From a virus, in the IMG/VR virus record IMGVR_UViG_3300045988_043012, positions 1 through 38,273 of that record: DNA of 38,273 nucleotides; one strand, 5' to 3'. The notes under the pieces were generated by a model that searched no databases, was not told where the DNA came from, and saw only the letters and a list, made by a program, of their open reading frames with translations. Both the position numbers and the translations under genes were made by a program. Below are positions 6,423 through 14,754 of the stretch, one piece after another; positions within the stretch are counted from its first letter, which is position 1, and each line of letters starts with the position of its first letter.

Positions 6423-6761
6423 ATGACGGACAAACAGTTTAGCACCCTTTTGGGTGGCGCACTGGCGGACCAAGATCGGGATATGTACGTATCAGACTGG
6501 GCACTATCTGACATCTGGGGAAATCCGGAAGGCGCTGACATCCCGGATGATCGGATCCAGGCCTTGGGAGCGTTGTGGGATGTGGCTCATATTACGATCC
6601 GCGAGATCAGGGCAGCCACTGGCTTGTCTCAGGTTGCTTTTGCCCAGCGCTTCTGTATCCCGCGCCGAACGGTGGAGAATTGGGAATCCGGGGCAAGCAC
6701 TTGTCCGGACTATCTGCGGATTTTGTTGGCGCAAGCCGTAGGGCTGTATACGCGGAGCTAA
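6423..6761 (+). CDS. HTH (XRE/antitoxin-like) DNA-binding protein
   Basis: AAGGAGGG RBS. C-terminal HTH IREIRAATGLSQVAFAQRFCIPRRTVENWESG. Confidence 0.75.
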   Translation: MTDKQFSTLLGGALADQDRDMYVSDWALSDIWGNPEGADIPDDRIQALGALWDVAHITIREIRAATGLSQVAFAQRFCIPRRTVENWESGASTCPDYLRILLAQAVGLYTRS

Positions 6762-6774
6762 ATATATAAAAAGA

Positions 6775-6802
6775 GCCGTGTCCGAATCGGACACGGCTTT
6801 TT
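6775..6802. terminator. Bidirectional terminator built on palindrome copy 2
   Basis: GCCGTGTCCGAATCGGACACGGC stem, flanked by an A-rich run on the left and TTTTTG on the right. Sits between convergent genes. Confidence 0.85.
6780..6792. repeat. GTCCGAWTCGGAC palindrome copy 2
   Basis: GTGTCCGAATCGGACAC, inside the terminator. Confidence 0.95.
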
Positions 6803-6804
6803 GT

Positions 6805-7041
6805 TTACCCCTGCATATCATCCGCGATCTTGGCGTAGGCACGCCGCCGGATCTTGGCAAGGCCGTCTACGCTGACGTGGAGCAGCGCCGCCGCCTGTAG
6901 GCAGCTCTGGCCGTGGACGTCCACCGCCAGCACCGCCGCCTCCTCGTCAGGCGGCAAGCCTACCAGCCGGACGGCCTGCGCCGCCCGGGCCGGGGCCATC
7001 GATGACAACAGCGCCCGGATCTCTCGGTTTGTTTTTTCCAT
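6805..7041 (-). CDS. Sigma-70 region-4-like small HTH protein
   Basis: 78 aa. LQAAALLHVSVDGLAKIRRRAYAKI resembles a region 4.2 HTH. Weak RBS. A much stronger SD plus ATG at 7093 is out of frame (see findings). Confidence 0.5.
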   Translation of the reverse strand: MEKTNREIRALLSSMAPARAAQAVRLVGLPPDEEAAVLAVDVHGQSCLQAAALLHVSVDGLAKIRRRAYAKIADDMQG

Positions 7042-7114
7042 GGGTTTTCCAGACTTGCAGAGCGCGGATTAACCGCGTGGATGTTGTTGCCATCTTCTGG
7101 CCCTCCTTTCGGTT

Positions 7115-7510
7115 TTATCCTTTCCAGTCAGCCTTGGCCTCTCTCACGTCGATATGACAAAAGCTGTCATAAACCCCCACGCCGCCCCAGTCTGGCATGA
7201 TCGACCGGGCGAAGGCTGCCACCGTTGCCGGTGTCTGACCCTTGATGGAAATATCCGCCGCCATGCCATAGCAATGCTGGCTGTGGGCCGCGCCGTTTAC
7301 CTTCGCGTTGTGCTGCGGCGTCCGGTAGGCGCTGTGGATGACCACCGGAGCGCAAAAATGGGAACGAATGGTTTCCAGCACCATCACCAGCCGGGGAGCC
7401 ACCAAAACAGCGTCACTGCCGTCTCCACACGCAAACTCCCGGACCCGGAAATGGGCGGAGAGCTGCTTGCCCCCGGAGGCGGCTTTGCTGTAAGCGTGGA
7501 TCTCAACCAT
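7115..7510 (-). CDS. Peptidase M15-family (D-Ala-D-Ala carboxypeptidase-like) endolysin
   Basis: 131 aa. Zn-ligand pattern SAYRTPQHN...AAHSQHCYGMAADI...HIDV. Confidence 0.8.
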   Translation of the reverse strand: MVEIHAYSKAASGGKQLSAHFRVREFACGDGSDAVLVAPRLVMVLETIRSHFCAPVVIHSAYRTPQHNAKVNGAAHSQHCYGMAADISIKGQTPATVAAFARSIMPDWGGVGVYDSFCHIDVREAKADWKG

Positions 7511-8186
7511 GGTTATCCTCCCAGATCTGATACAGCGCCCGGACCATGTCGGCGCGGGTCACAGTCTCTCCGGCGTTGGCGTCCGTCAGCAGGCCGTGAG
7601 CCTTGCCCCATACGAGGGCTTGATCTTCCGCCTTGACCGCCGACCGCTCCCAGAACAGCAGCAGCGTGGGCACCTTCCGGGAGCTGGTTACCTTCCCGCC
7701 GGGGAAAATGCCCTGCGTGGAGCCGCCGCCGTCCAGCATGAGTGCGTCCACCACGCCCAGCCCCAGCAGCTTGTTCTGGAGCTGCTCACGGGTCAGGCTG
7801 GTCTTGTCGCACCACAGCACCACCTTGCCGTTGGCCAGCCAGCCCACCGCCGTCCGGGCGGCAGACCGGGCCACGTCCGGCGTCAGCTCTCGGTACAGTT
7901 TGGAGCCGCCCTTGAGGATCGGGACGCCGGAGAGGAAGGATCCTCCCCGGTCCGTCAGCATCTTGGGGACCCCGTCACTGCCGATAGACACGCCCCAGTC
8001 CTGGTATTTGTCCCGGCTGATGATCTTACCGTCGATCACCGTCCAGCCTACCGGCTGAAACTTGCCGTTGAACAGGTAGCCGTTGATGATGTGGGTGCAG
8101 CCGGTCTTGGCCTTGATCTGCGCCGGGGTCAGCTTGCCGGTGTTGTGGTAGATCTGCGCTCTGGCGCAGTCAAACGTATCAACCAT
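7503..8186 (-). CDS. Phosphodiester glycosidase (NAGPA/DUF2233)-family protein, lysis module
   Basis: RTAVGWLANGKVVLW...LGVVDALMLDGGGSTQ motif. ATG at 8186 overlaps the upstream stop. The track N-terminal extension is unlikely. Confidence 0.7.
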   Translation of the reverse strand: MVDTFDCARAQIYHNTGKLTPAQIKAKTGCTHIINGYLFNGKFQPVGWTVIDGKIISRDKYQDWGVSIGSDGVPKMLTDRGGSFLSGVPILKGGSKLYRELTPDVARSAARTAVGWLANGKVVLWCDKTSLTREQLQNKLLGLGVVDALMLDGGGSTQGIFPGGKVTSSRKVPTLLLFWERSAVKAEDQALVWGKAHGLLTDANAGETVTRADMVRALYQIWEDNHG

Positions 8187-8505
8187 GGCGCACACGGGAA
8201 GCCTTGATGAAGTAGCCGTCCTCGTCATAAGTCACCTTATAGGTGGCTCCGACGATCCGCTGGATCTGGACGGTGCCCGCCAGATCCTCCCGGCGACGGG
8301 TATCCAGCGTCTGGGGGAGCGGCTCCGGATCCTTCTCGGCGGGGATGAAGCCTTCCCGCATTTCGTCCTCGGTCCAGTTGGCCACGCCGCCGTCCGGATT
8401 CAGGTGGAAGTTGGCACCCGCCGCCTTCAGTTCGGCGTTGATGGTCTCCACGGCCTTGCCGTTCTTCTTGCCCTCGTTGATGATGTTCTCGTAGATCTTG
8501 TTCAT
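8179..8505 (-). CDS. Hypothetical protein (108 aa)
   Basis: ATG at 8505 after AAAGGGGAC. No family recognised. Confidence 0.6.
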   Translation of the reverse strand: MNKIYENIINEGKKNGKAVETINAELKAAGANFHLNPDGGVANWTEDEMREGFIPAEKDPEPLPQTLDTRRREDLAGTVQIQRIVGATYKVTYDEDGYFIKASRVRHG

Positions 8506-8547
8506 AATATGTCCCCTTTCAAATTTCGGTTGATTATTCAACCGGTT

Positions 8548-8739
8548 TCAACTGTTCTTGTCCTCGTTGACCCGCTGGGTGCCGAAATAGAATGCGATGA
8601 CCGTGGTAAAGATGGTCAAAAATTCCGTCCCGGAAATGTCACCCCGCAGAGCCAGCACCGCGAAGATCACCGTCAGGGTGATGGTCACGAGGCTTTTCAC
8701 CGCAAGCAGATTGCCCAGCCGTTTCTTGATGTTTTCCAT
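8548..8739 (-). CDS. Putative holin
   Basis: 63 aa, two hydrophobic helices, charged C-terminus, located in the lysis cassette. Confidence 0.65.
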   Translation of the reverse strand: MENIKKRLGNLLAVKSLVTITLTVIFAVLALRGDISGTEFLTIFTTVIAFYFGTQRVNEDKNS

Positions 8740-8752
8740 GTTTTTTCTCCTT

Positions 8753-9058
8753 TCACTCTTTCCGGATCGGCAGCTCGCCGACCTCGGACATGATAATTTT
8801 CAGGTGCCCGTTGCCGCCAAGGGATTTGTACGCCTGGTGCATCTCGTCCAGCGTTTCCCTGTCCGACAGGCTGACGCTGCCGTCGGAGATGTACTTCTGG
8901 CCCAGATAGCGCACCCGGTCGAACAGCAGCACCTTCAGCGCGTCCACGATGGCGTCCCGCTTGTCATCCTTGGTCCACTTCCGCTGGAGGAGCGCGAGGA
9001 TGATGGCGGTCACGCCGGAGCCGGTGGCGGCAGTTAATACAATTTGTAGAATTTCCAT
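8753..9058 (-). CDS. Membrane protein of the lysis cassette (101 aa)
   Basis: ATG at 9058 after AAGGGGG. One N-terminal TM helix (LTAATGSGVTAIILALL) and a soluble C-terminal domain. Confidence 0.6.
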   Translation of the reverse strand: MEILQIVLTAATGSGVTAIILALLQRKWTKDDKRDAIVDALKVLLFDRVRYLGQKYISDGSVSLSDRETLDEMHQAYKSLGGNGHLKIIMSEVGELPIRKE

Positions 9059-9096
9059 TCTACACCCCCTTAAAAAGTTGCAGTTTTTAGGGCAGT

Positions 9097-9143
9097 TCCG
9101 ACTTGCTTCCGTGCAAATCAAACGTCCGACTTGGTTTCGTGCA
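9097..9143. repeat. Two 19-bp direct repeats, 28-bp period
   Basis: TCCGACTTGCTTCCGTGCA at 9097-9115 and TCCGACTTGGTTTCGTGCA at 9125-9143, 17/19 identical. Confidence 0.8.
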
Positions 9144-9145
9144 GG

Positions 9146-9250
9146 TTAAAATTCAGGCCATTTTCGCTCACAAATAGGGCAAACCCACCGCCCCTCCGGG
9201 ATAATAGCTCCGCAGCACACGCAAAAGTTCATCGAATCAGCCACTTCCAT
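9146..9250 (-). CDS. Possible zinc-ribbon mini-protein (34 aa)
   Basis: Not in the track. Product MEVADSMNFCVCCGAIIPEGRWVCPICERKWPEF has two CxxC pairs. Weak RBS. Confidence 0.3.
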   Translation of the reverse strand: MEVADSMNFCVCCGAIIPEGRWVCPICERKWPEF

Positions 9251-9292
9251 TTTCCATTCGCCAAAGCTAAACCGTCACCTAAGTTAAGCAGG

Positions 9293-10345
9293 TCAAGAAT
9301 TTCCGAGATAAATTATTGTGATAACTTGCGCGCCCTTCACATGGATTTTACCAGTTTCACAAGTTATCGTAACTGCAGAATTCGCAATCACAGGAATGAC
9401 TACTTGACCATTTGGCAATACCATCCATATACCGAGCTGCTCGTAATAAGTTGAGATAACAAGATATGTCCTCCAAGAGTTTGGTATCTCGAATGTTTTT
9501 TCCACAGTAGTCCCAGTCCCAGTGTAAACATTAAAGTATGGGAACTTATCTGCTGGCGCAGCATAAATATTTTCTCTCGCCTGCTGTTGCTGTGCACTAG
9601 TAAGATTTTGCGGTGTATAAAGCACTGCAGCCCGCACGGTATCCGCTCCGATGTTCTCCCGCGCCTGCGCCTTCTGCTCGTCGGTGAGGCTCTGGGCCGC
9701 GTCGTAGCGGATAAAGTTGCTGGAGCCGCCCACGGGGCCTTCTGGGCCTTGCTTGCCCTCCGGCCCCTGCTTTCCTTCGGGGCCTTGGATGCCCTGCTTG
9801 CCCTGCGGGCCTTGCAGGTTGCCGTTGGCCACCCACTTGCCGTGGACAGAATCCCAGATGTAGATGTTGTACGGAGGCGCGGTGCCCACGCCGTACACGT
9901 CCCCAGCCTTGGGATTAGGAACGGCGGCCTTGAGGGCGTCCAGCGTATCAAAGTAGCCCAGAATTGCGAAGCTGGACCCGGCCTCGCCGGGATCGCCCTG
10001 GTCGCCCTTTTTGCCGGGAGGGCCAATGGGGCCTTTGATGGACGTCAGCGTCGTCAGCTTGAAGGCGTACACCCAGTTGGCCGTGCCCTTGAGGAACACC
10101 TTGCCGTAGTCCGCGGAGGCCGTGATGTCCGGCAAAATCAGGACGAACTGGCCGCGCTGGACGTCCGTACCGGTGAAGTCCTGGTTCATCTCGGTCACGC
10201 TCTTGTACTCCTTGGTGATGCCCACCGGCACACCGGCGGAGGCCAGCCGCGCGTCGATCTCCTCGCCGGAGTAGGCAGATGTGTAGTAATCTTGCAGCTT
10301 GGCGAAAATTTCTTCCAAGACTGCGACTCTCTGTTCAATCGTCAT
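9293..10345 (-). CDS. Collagen-repeat tail fibre / receptor-binding protein
   Basis: 350 aa. G-X-Y runs are encoded at 9977-10033 and 9728-9811. Repeated LT..Q..ARENI motif. The distal ~110 codons are AT-rich. Confidence 0.8.
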   Translation of the reverse strand: MTIEQRVAVLEEIFAKLQDYYTSAYSGEEIDARLASAGVPVGITKEYKSVTEMNQDFTGTDVQRGQFVLILPDITASADYGKVFLKGTANWVYAFKLTTLTSIKGPIGPPGKKGDQGDPGEAGSSFAILGYFDTLDALKAAVPNPKAGDVYGVGTAPPYNIYIWDSVHGKWVANGNLQGPQGKQGIQGPEGKQGPEGKQGPEGPVGGSSNFIRYDAAQSLTDEQKAQARENIGADTVRAAVLYTPQNLTSAQQQQARENIYAAPADKFPYFNVYTGTGTTVEKTFEIPNSWRTYLVISTYYEQLGIWMVLPNGQVVIPVIANSAVTITCETGKIHVKGAQVITIIYLGNS

Positions 10346-10355
10346 GTTTCACACC

Positions 10356-12596
10356 TCACACGATGAAAAGTTTGTTCAAGCGGTCGAAAAACAGTCCGCC
10401 GCCACGCTGGACCAGCGGCCCTGCTTTGGCTTGCCCGAATTTGCGGTAGTACAAAATAACACAGCCGTCCGCGCTTGGGCCGCCCGGTCCGCCTAAACCG
10501 CCGGATCCGGGTGTGCCGGGGGTAATGGTGCCGTTTCCGTTCTTCACAGCAATTCCACCAGAGCCAGCGCCGCCGCCTCCGTAGCCGCCACGTCCGCCCC
10601 TGCCGTACCGCCTCGGCTTGGAGGGGGTGAGCGTGGCCGTCATGCCGTCCGCACCGGGGCCGCCGGTCACATTAACGGTTGTCACGCCCGGCAGGCCGCG
10701 TCCGGAGGATCCGGCTTTGCCGTTGGCTCCCGCCGCCGGGCCGCCGCCCAGACCGGAGCTGTACCAGCCGAAACTGCGCGGGGTGCTTGTTGATGCGATT
10801 CTGGTCATACTGACTTTCCCCTCGCTGCCAGCTACAGGGCCGGGGGTAAAAGCGTTCCCGTCCTCGTCATAAGCAATCGTGCCATTGACGTATTTCTGAA
10901 CGCTATCATCTGTGTACTCACTCACAGACGGATCACGTCCGGCGCCGTCGCCGCCGGGGAGGCCGTCCTCACCGACGCCGCCGAACTGCTCCCCGGTGAT
11001 GGGATCCGTGAAGCCCCAATCGGGAGCAGACGCGCCCGCCGTAGTCATGCCGTGGAACACCGTATCCGTGCCGTCCGTGCCGGGGAGATCGTCCGGGCTG
11101 TATTCGGCGCCCTTGCCGCTTTTTCCGCAATCATAGGCAAGGCTTTTCAACTGGGCCACGTCGAGATCGCCCTCGACGATCCTGCCGCCCATACCGCCCT
11201 TTCCGCCGGGGCCGCCCTTTCCGCCCAGCGCCAACGCGTAGCCGTCTACCCGATCCTCAAAAACCGGGTTCGTCCACGAGAACTTAGGCCCCGATTGGGT
11301 ATCCTCGCCCTTTTCGCCGCAGCGCCCGCCCTGTCCGGCTGAGATCATCACATAGTGGATCGTTGTGGTGCCTTCCGGGATCTGGAACTCGCCGGAGCCG
11401 GTGAGGACTACTCGCTCGTCCAGATACTCCGCCGCCTCCGGCTGCGCGGGCTTGAAGCCCACCAGTGCACTGGTCTGGCTGTTGAGGATGCCGGAGATCA
11501 CCGTCTCCCGGCTCTCCACGCAGGCCTGGACCATCTTCTTGTCCCAGGGGTGGAAGATCTGCACCACTCTGCCCGCTCGCTCCGTGCCGGGCTCCACGTC
11601 CACCCGGATGGTCTCCCGGTGGCGGTAGTAGTCCGCCATGCGCTTGGCCACGTCTACGCTGTTGGTGAGGGACACCAGCGTGGCGTCGCTCACCGTCACC
11701 ACGTTTTCCTCGGCTCCCTCCGTCACCGTCCGGCGGACGATGCGGGTCAGGTGGTTGTAGCTCTTGCCGGTGAGGGTGCCGGTCCCGGCGGACAGGATGG
11801 CGTAGTTGTCCCCTTGCTCGGTGATGGTGAAGCCCTCCGCCGTCAGACTGTGGGCGGGTTCCTCAAACGTCACCAGAGCGCCGTCCTCTGCCGTGCCCTC
11901 AAAGAGGGTGACGGTATCCTGGCTTTTTACCCACTGGTGCTCCGTGATCTCCACGGCGCTCACCGGGGTCTCGTACACGGTGGAGCAGGAGTTCTCGTTG
12001 ATCTGGTCCGCCGTGATCGTGGCAGAGACGCCGTCCCACAGCTTCTCCACCCGCATGACGCCGTTCTCGTCAACTCCCAGAGACGCCCCGATGGCAAACA
12101 GGACTTGGGAGAGGTTATCCCGGGCGCTGCGGCCGTTGCCTTTTTCTTTGTCCGGGTTGCTGTACGGCAGGTAGCCGTACAGCTGGCGGCTGGCGTATAC
12201 GCTTTCGATCATCACCGCCACCGGGGCGCAGATCTGGGGGACTACCTCCGCCACCGTCTGGCCGGTGTAGATGCCGCCCACGTGGCGCATGGTGATGAGC
12301 CGTCCCAGTGCGGAGAGAGCGGAGAGCGTATAGGCGTCGCTGCCGACCCGCTCCACCGTCTGGAGATAGTACACGCCCACCCGGCGGCCATCCCGGAAAT
12401 ACTCCACCTTGTCATTTTTCGCGAAGCCCATGATGGCCTTGTTGTTGGAAAACACCGTGACGGTGAGGCTGTTGGCCTCCAGACTGTCGGAGCGGAGGGC
12501 CTTGACCTCGTACAAGATCCCGGAGGGGACCTTGATATCATCGTCCGTGGCGTAGCTGACGCCCTTGTAGCGGATCTCGTTGACTGCCATCGTCAC
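10356..12596 (-). CDS. Tail-associated (Tal / prophage tail endopeptidase-type) protein with Gly-rich C-terminus
   Basis: 746 aa, downstream of the TMP and distal tail genes. The C-terminal third has GGKGGPGGKGGMGG and GRGGRGGYGGGGAGSGG. Confidence 0.7.
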   Translation of the reverse strand: MTMAVNEIRYKGVSYATDDDIKVPSGILYEVKALRSDSLEANSLTVTVFSNNKAIMGFAKNDKVEYFRDGRRVGVYYLQTVERVGSDAYTLSALSALGRLITMRHVGGIYTGQTVAEVVPQICAPVAVMIESVYASRQLYGYLPYSNPDKEKGNGRSARDNLSQVLFAIGASLGVDENGVMRVEKLWDGVSATITADQINENSCSTVYETPVSAVEITEHQWVKSQDTVTLFEGTAEDGALVTFEEPAHSLTAEGFTITEQGDNYAILSAGTGTLTGKSYNHLTRIVRRTVTEGAEENVVTVSDATLVSLTNSVDVAKRMADYYRHRETIRVDVEPGTERAGRVVQIFHPWDKKMVQACVESRETVISGILNSQTSALVGFKPAQPEAAEYLDERVVLTGSGEFQIPEGTTTIHYVMISAGQGGRCGEKGEDTQSGPKFSWTNPVFEDRVDGYALALGGKGGPGGKGGMGGRIVEGDLDVAQLKSLAYDCGKSGKGAEYSPDDLPGTDGTDTVFHGMTTAGASAPDWGFTDPITGEQFGGVGEDGLPGGDGAGRDPSVSEYTDDSVQKYVNGTIAYDEDGNAFTPGPVAGSEGKVSMTRIASTSTPRSFGWYSSGLGGGPAAGANGKAGSSGRGLPGVTTVNVTGGPGADGMTATLTPSKPRRYGRGGRGGYGGGGAGSGGIAVKNGNGTITPGTPGSGGLGGPGGPSADGCVILYYRKFGQAKAGPLVQRGGGLFFDRLNKLFIV

Positions 12597-12964
12597 GCCT
12601 CCTCCATGGTGATCCGGAAGCCCTTACCCCATCGGACGGAGCCGGGCACCGGCGGGATGCTGACCTCCTCCACCGTGGGCATGAAGGTGGCCGTCCGGAC
12701 GGCGTTGTCCTTGGGCTCAAAGTAGGTGAGCTGCACGTAGTTCTTCAGCACCGCCGTCAGCAGCGCCGCCAGCTGCGGCCCCTGCTGGTCATTCACCGTC
12801 ACAGTGACCCGGGTCTTGATGGCCAGCAGGTCTCGGGGCTGTAAGCCGCTGAGCCGCAGGGCCGCGTTGGAGCCCTCCCGGTACACATAACCCACGGAGT
12901 ACTGCCAGCGGTTGACGTAGTCACTGAAATCCACGCCGTCTACGATATAGGGTGGCCGTGTCAT
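12593..12964 (-). CDS. Tail component (distal-tail position)
   Basis: 123 aa, 4-nt overlaps with both neighbours, positioned directly after the tape measure gene. Confidence 0.6.
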   Translation of the reverse strand: MTRPPYIVDGVDFSDYVNRWQYSVGYVYREGSNAALRLSGLQPRDLLAIKTRVTVTVNDQQGPQLAALLTAVLKNYVQLTYFEPKDNAVRTATFMPTVEEVSIPPVPGSVRWGKGFRITMEEA

Positions 12965-14754
12965 CGGCTGCCTCCTCTCCCCGCCAGAGAGACGCCCCGG
13001 CGGTTGTCCTCTGCGATGCGGTACTTGTATTCCTTCCGCGCGAAGGTGGCGCCGTCAATGGTCAGCTCCACCGGGATCGTCAGATCGTAGACCTTGGGCG
13101 TGCCGCCGCTGCCGCCGGTGTCCGAATCGGACAAGCCCCGGCTACTCCGCCGATTGCCGCCCAGCGTCCGCCCCGCCGCCATGGCGCTGCGGAGGAAGCT
13201 GGCCTCGCCGGAGGTCAGCACCGCCTCGCCCTGGTGCAGCTCTGCCACATAGCCGTCAAAGGGGACGTAGTCCAGCCCGTCGGCGTGGGAGCCGTTAATG
13301 GGGCTGAGCTTCCAGCCCCGCTTGAGGGCTTCCTCGCGGGAAATTTTTGATGCCCGAACAAAAGTTCCGGCTTGCTGCATCTGGCGGGCCTTGTCATAGT
13401 CAATTTCATTTCCATTTACCAGTCCGTTCGCCTGATAATCAGCCAAATTGTATTGACTATCAATGTTTTGGAATGCTTCTTGCTGTAGTTGCTCATGAGA
13501 TTTTAGCAAGTCTCCAATTTTTTCAATTACGGAAGAAATAGCGCTGACGGCAGTCGCAGCCCAGTCCACATAAACAGATCCGAACTCAATCAAGAAATTT
13601 GATGCGGGTTGTAATGCTTCGCCAAGCCGGGCAAGCGATTCATTCATCGTCTCTTGAGCGCTATTAGCAGCAATGATGTCCTGGTTATTCTCCACCCACG
13701 CCTGCCCGGTGGCCTGTAGGCCCTGCTCTGATAGCTGCGTCAGCACCAGATTGGCCCGCTCGGTAGTATCGGCGCAGGCCGCCAGACGCTCATTGAACTC
13801 GTCCTCGCTGGTGCCTGCCCAGTTGAGGGCGTCCGCAAAGACGCCGGTGACCTTTCCTACCTGCACCGTCTCATTGATGCTCTCGGATAGACTGTCGATT
13901 GGAATGGAGTCGCCGTAGGTAGCCCATGCGCCGATGGCCTGCTCCATGATGGTCCGCAGGTTTTCCTGGCTCAGCCCCAACGCCTGAAGGTTGGCGGTAG
14001 CCGTGGCGGCCTTCTGCGTGTCGCCCAGTACTGCCTGAAACTTTTTGTAGATCTCCGTGGTCTGCTCCTGGGTGTAACCGGCCTGCTTGCTGGAGACCTC
14101 CAGCGTCCCTAAAATGGTCCGGTACTCCTTCGTGGACTCCGTGATGTTGATGATGCCGTCCGCCAGAGCCTTGGCCCCGGCCACAGCAGCACCGCCCACC
14201 AGCAGCCCCTTCATGGAACCCAGAGCCGCCACAACGCCGTTGATGTCGCCGCCCTTGACCGCCTCGCCCAGCTGGCCAAAGGCCTCTTTGAGCTGGCCCA
14301 TGCCGTCGGAGCCTTCATCTCCGGCGTCCTTGACAGCCTTGCCGAATTCGTCGATGCTGGACGCCGTACCGTTTGCGGATTGGGCGGCCTCATCCAGATA
14401 CTTGTCGGTGTTCTTCAGCTCCCGGTCGAACTTGATTAAATCTATTGTGGCATAGTTCAACTGTTTCTGATATTTCAAAACAATGTCACTGTTTTCGTCA
14501 TATTCCTTTTTTGCGCTTTCCAGCATTTGTGCCAGACTGCGGACCTTTTCTTTCTGCTGGTCATACTGCTGCTGTAAAATGGCCTGCTTGCGCCGCAGCG
14601 CTTCCGCGCTGTTGGCCTGGCCGTCAAACTCGGCGGAGACTTTCGCCATCTCGGACTTCATTGCAGCCAAATTGTTATTGACCGCTTTAATTTGCTTCCG
14701 GAATTCGGCTTCATTTTTAATTGTGAGTTCAAGTCCAATAAACCTAGTTGCCAT
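12961..14754 (-). CDS. Tape measure protein
   Basis: 597 aa. Coiled-coil N-terminus, long helical body, positioned between the chaperone and distal tail genes. Confidence 0.85.
   Translation of the reverse strand: MATRFIGLELTIKNEAEFRKQIKAVNNNLAAMKSEMAKVSAEFDGQANSAEALRRKQAILQQQYDQQKEKVRSLAQMLESAKKEYDENSDIVLKYQKQLNYATIDLIKFDRELKNTDKYLDEAAQSANGTASSIDEFGKAVKDAGDEGSDGMGQLKEAFGQLGEAVKGGDINGVVAALGSMKGLLVGGAAVAGAKALADGIINITESTKEYRTILGTLEVSSKQAGYTQEQTTEIYKKFQAVLGDTQKAATATANLQALGLSQENLRTIMEQAIGAWATYGDSIPIDSLSESINETVQVGKVTGVFADALNWAGTSEDEFNERLAACADTTERANLVLTQLSEQGLQATGQAWVENNQDIIAANSAQETMNESLARLGEALQPASNFLIEFGSVYVDWAATAVSAISSVIEKIGDLLKSHEQLQQEAFQNIDSQYNLADYQANGLVNGNEIDYDKARQMQQAGTFVRASKISREEALKRGWKLSPINGSHADGLDYVPFDGYVAELHQGEAVLTSGEASFLRSAMAAGRTLGGNRRSSRGLSDSDTGGSGGTPKVYDLTIPVELTIDGATFARKEYKYRIAEDNRRGVSLAGRGGSR
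13120..13132. repeat. GTCCGAWTCGGAC palindrome copy 3
   Basis: GTGTCCGAATCGGACAA, inside the TMP gene, encoding SDSD. Confidence 0.95.

Noticed and set aside
9728-10033. Short-period nucleotide repeats that might be taken for a CRISPR or tandem-repeat array.
   Set aside because: The 9-nt periodicity is the G-X-Y collagen coding repeat inside the tail-fibre ORF. There is no repeat-spacer structure anywhere in the window.
11355-12725. 456-aa plus-strand ORF antisense to the tail-associated protein gene. Similar long antisense ORFs occur at 315-1751, 15361-16290, 21600-22838, 24025-25191, 31671-32816, 32864-33949 and 33784-35343.
   Set aside because: All overlap recognisable phage genes on the other strand, lack RBS context and translate to R/G/P/H/L-rich filler.
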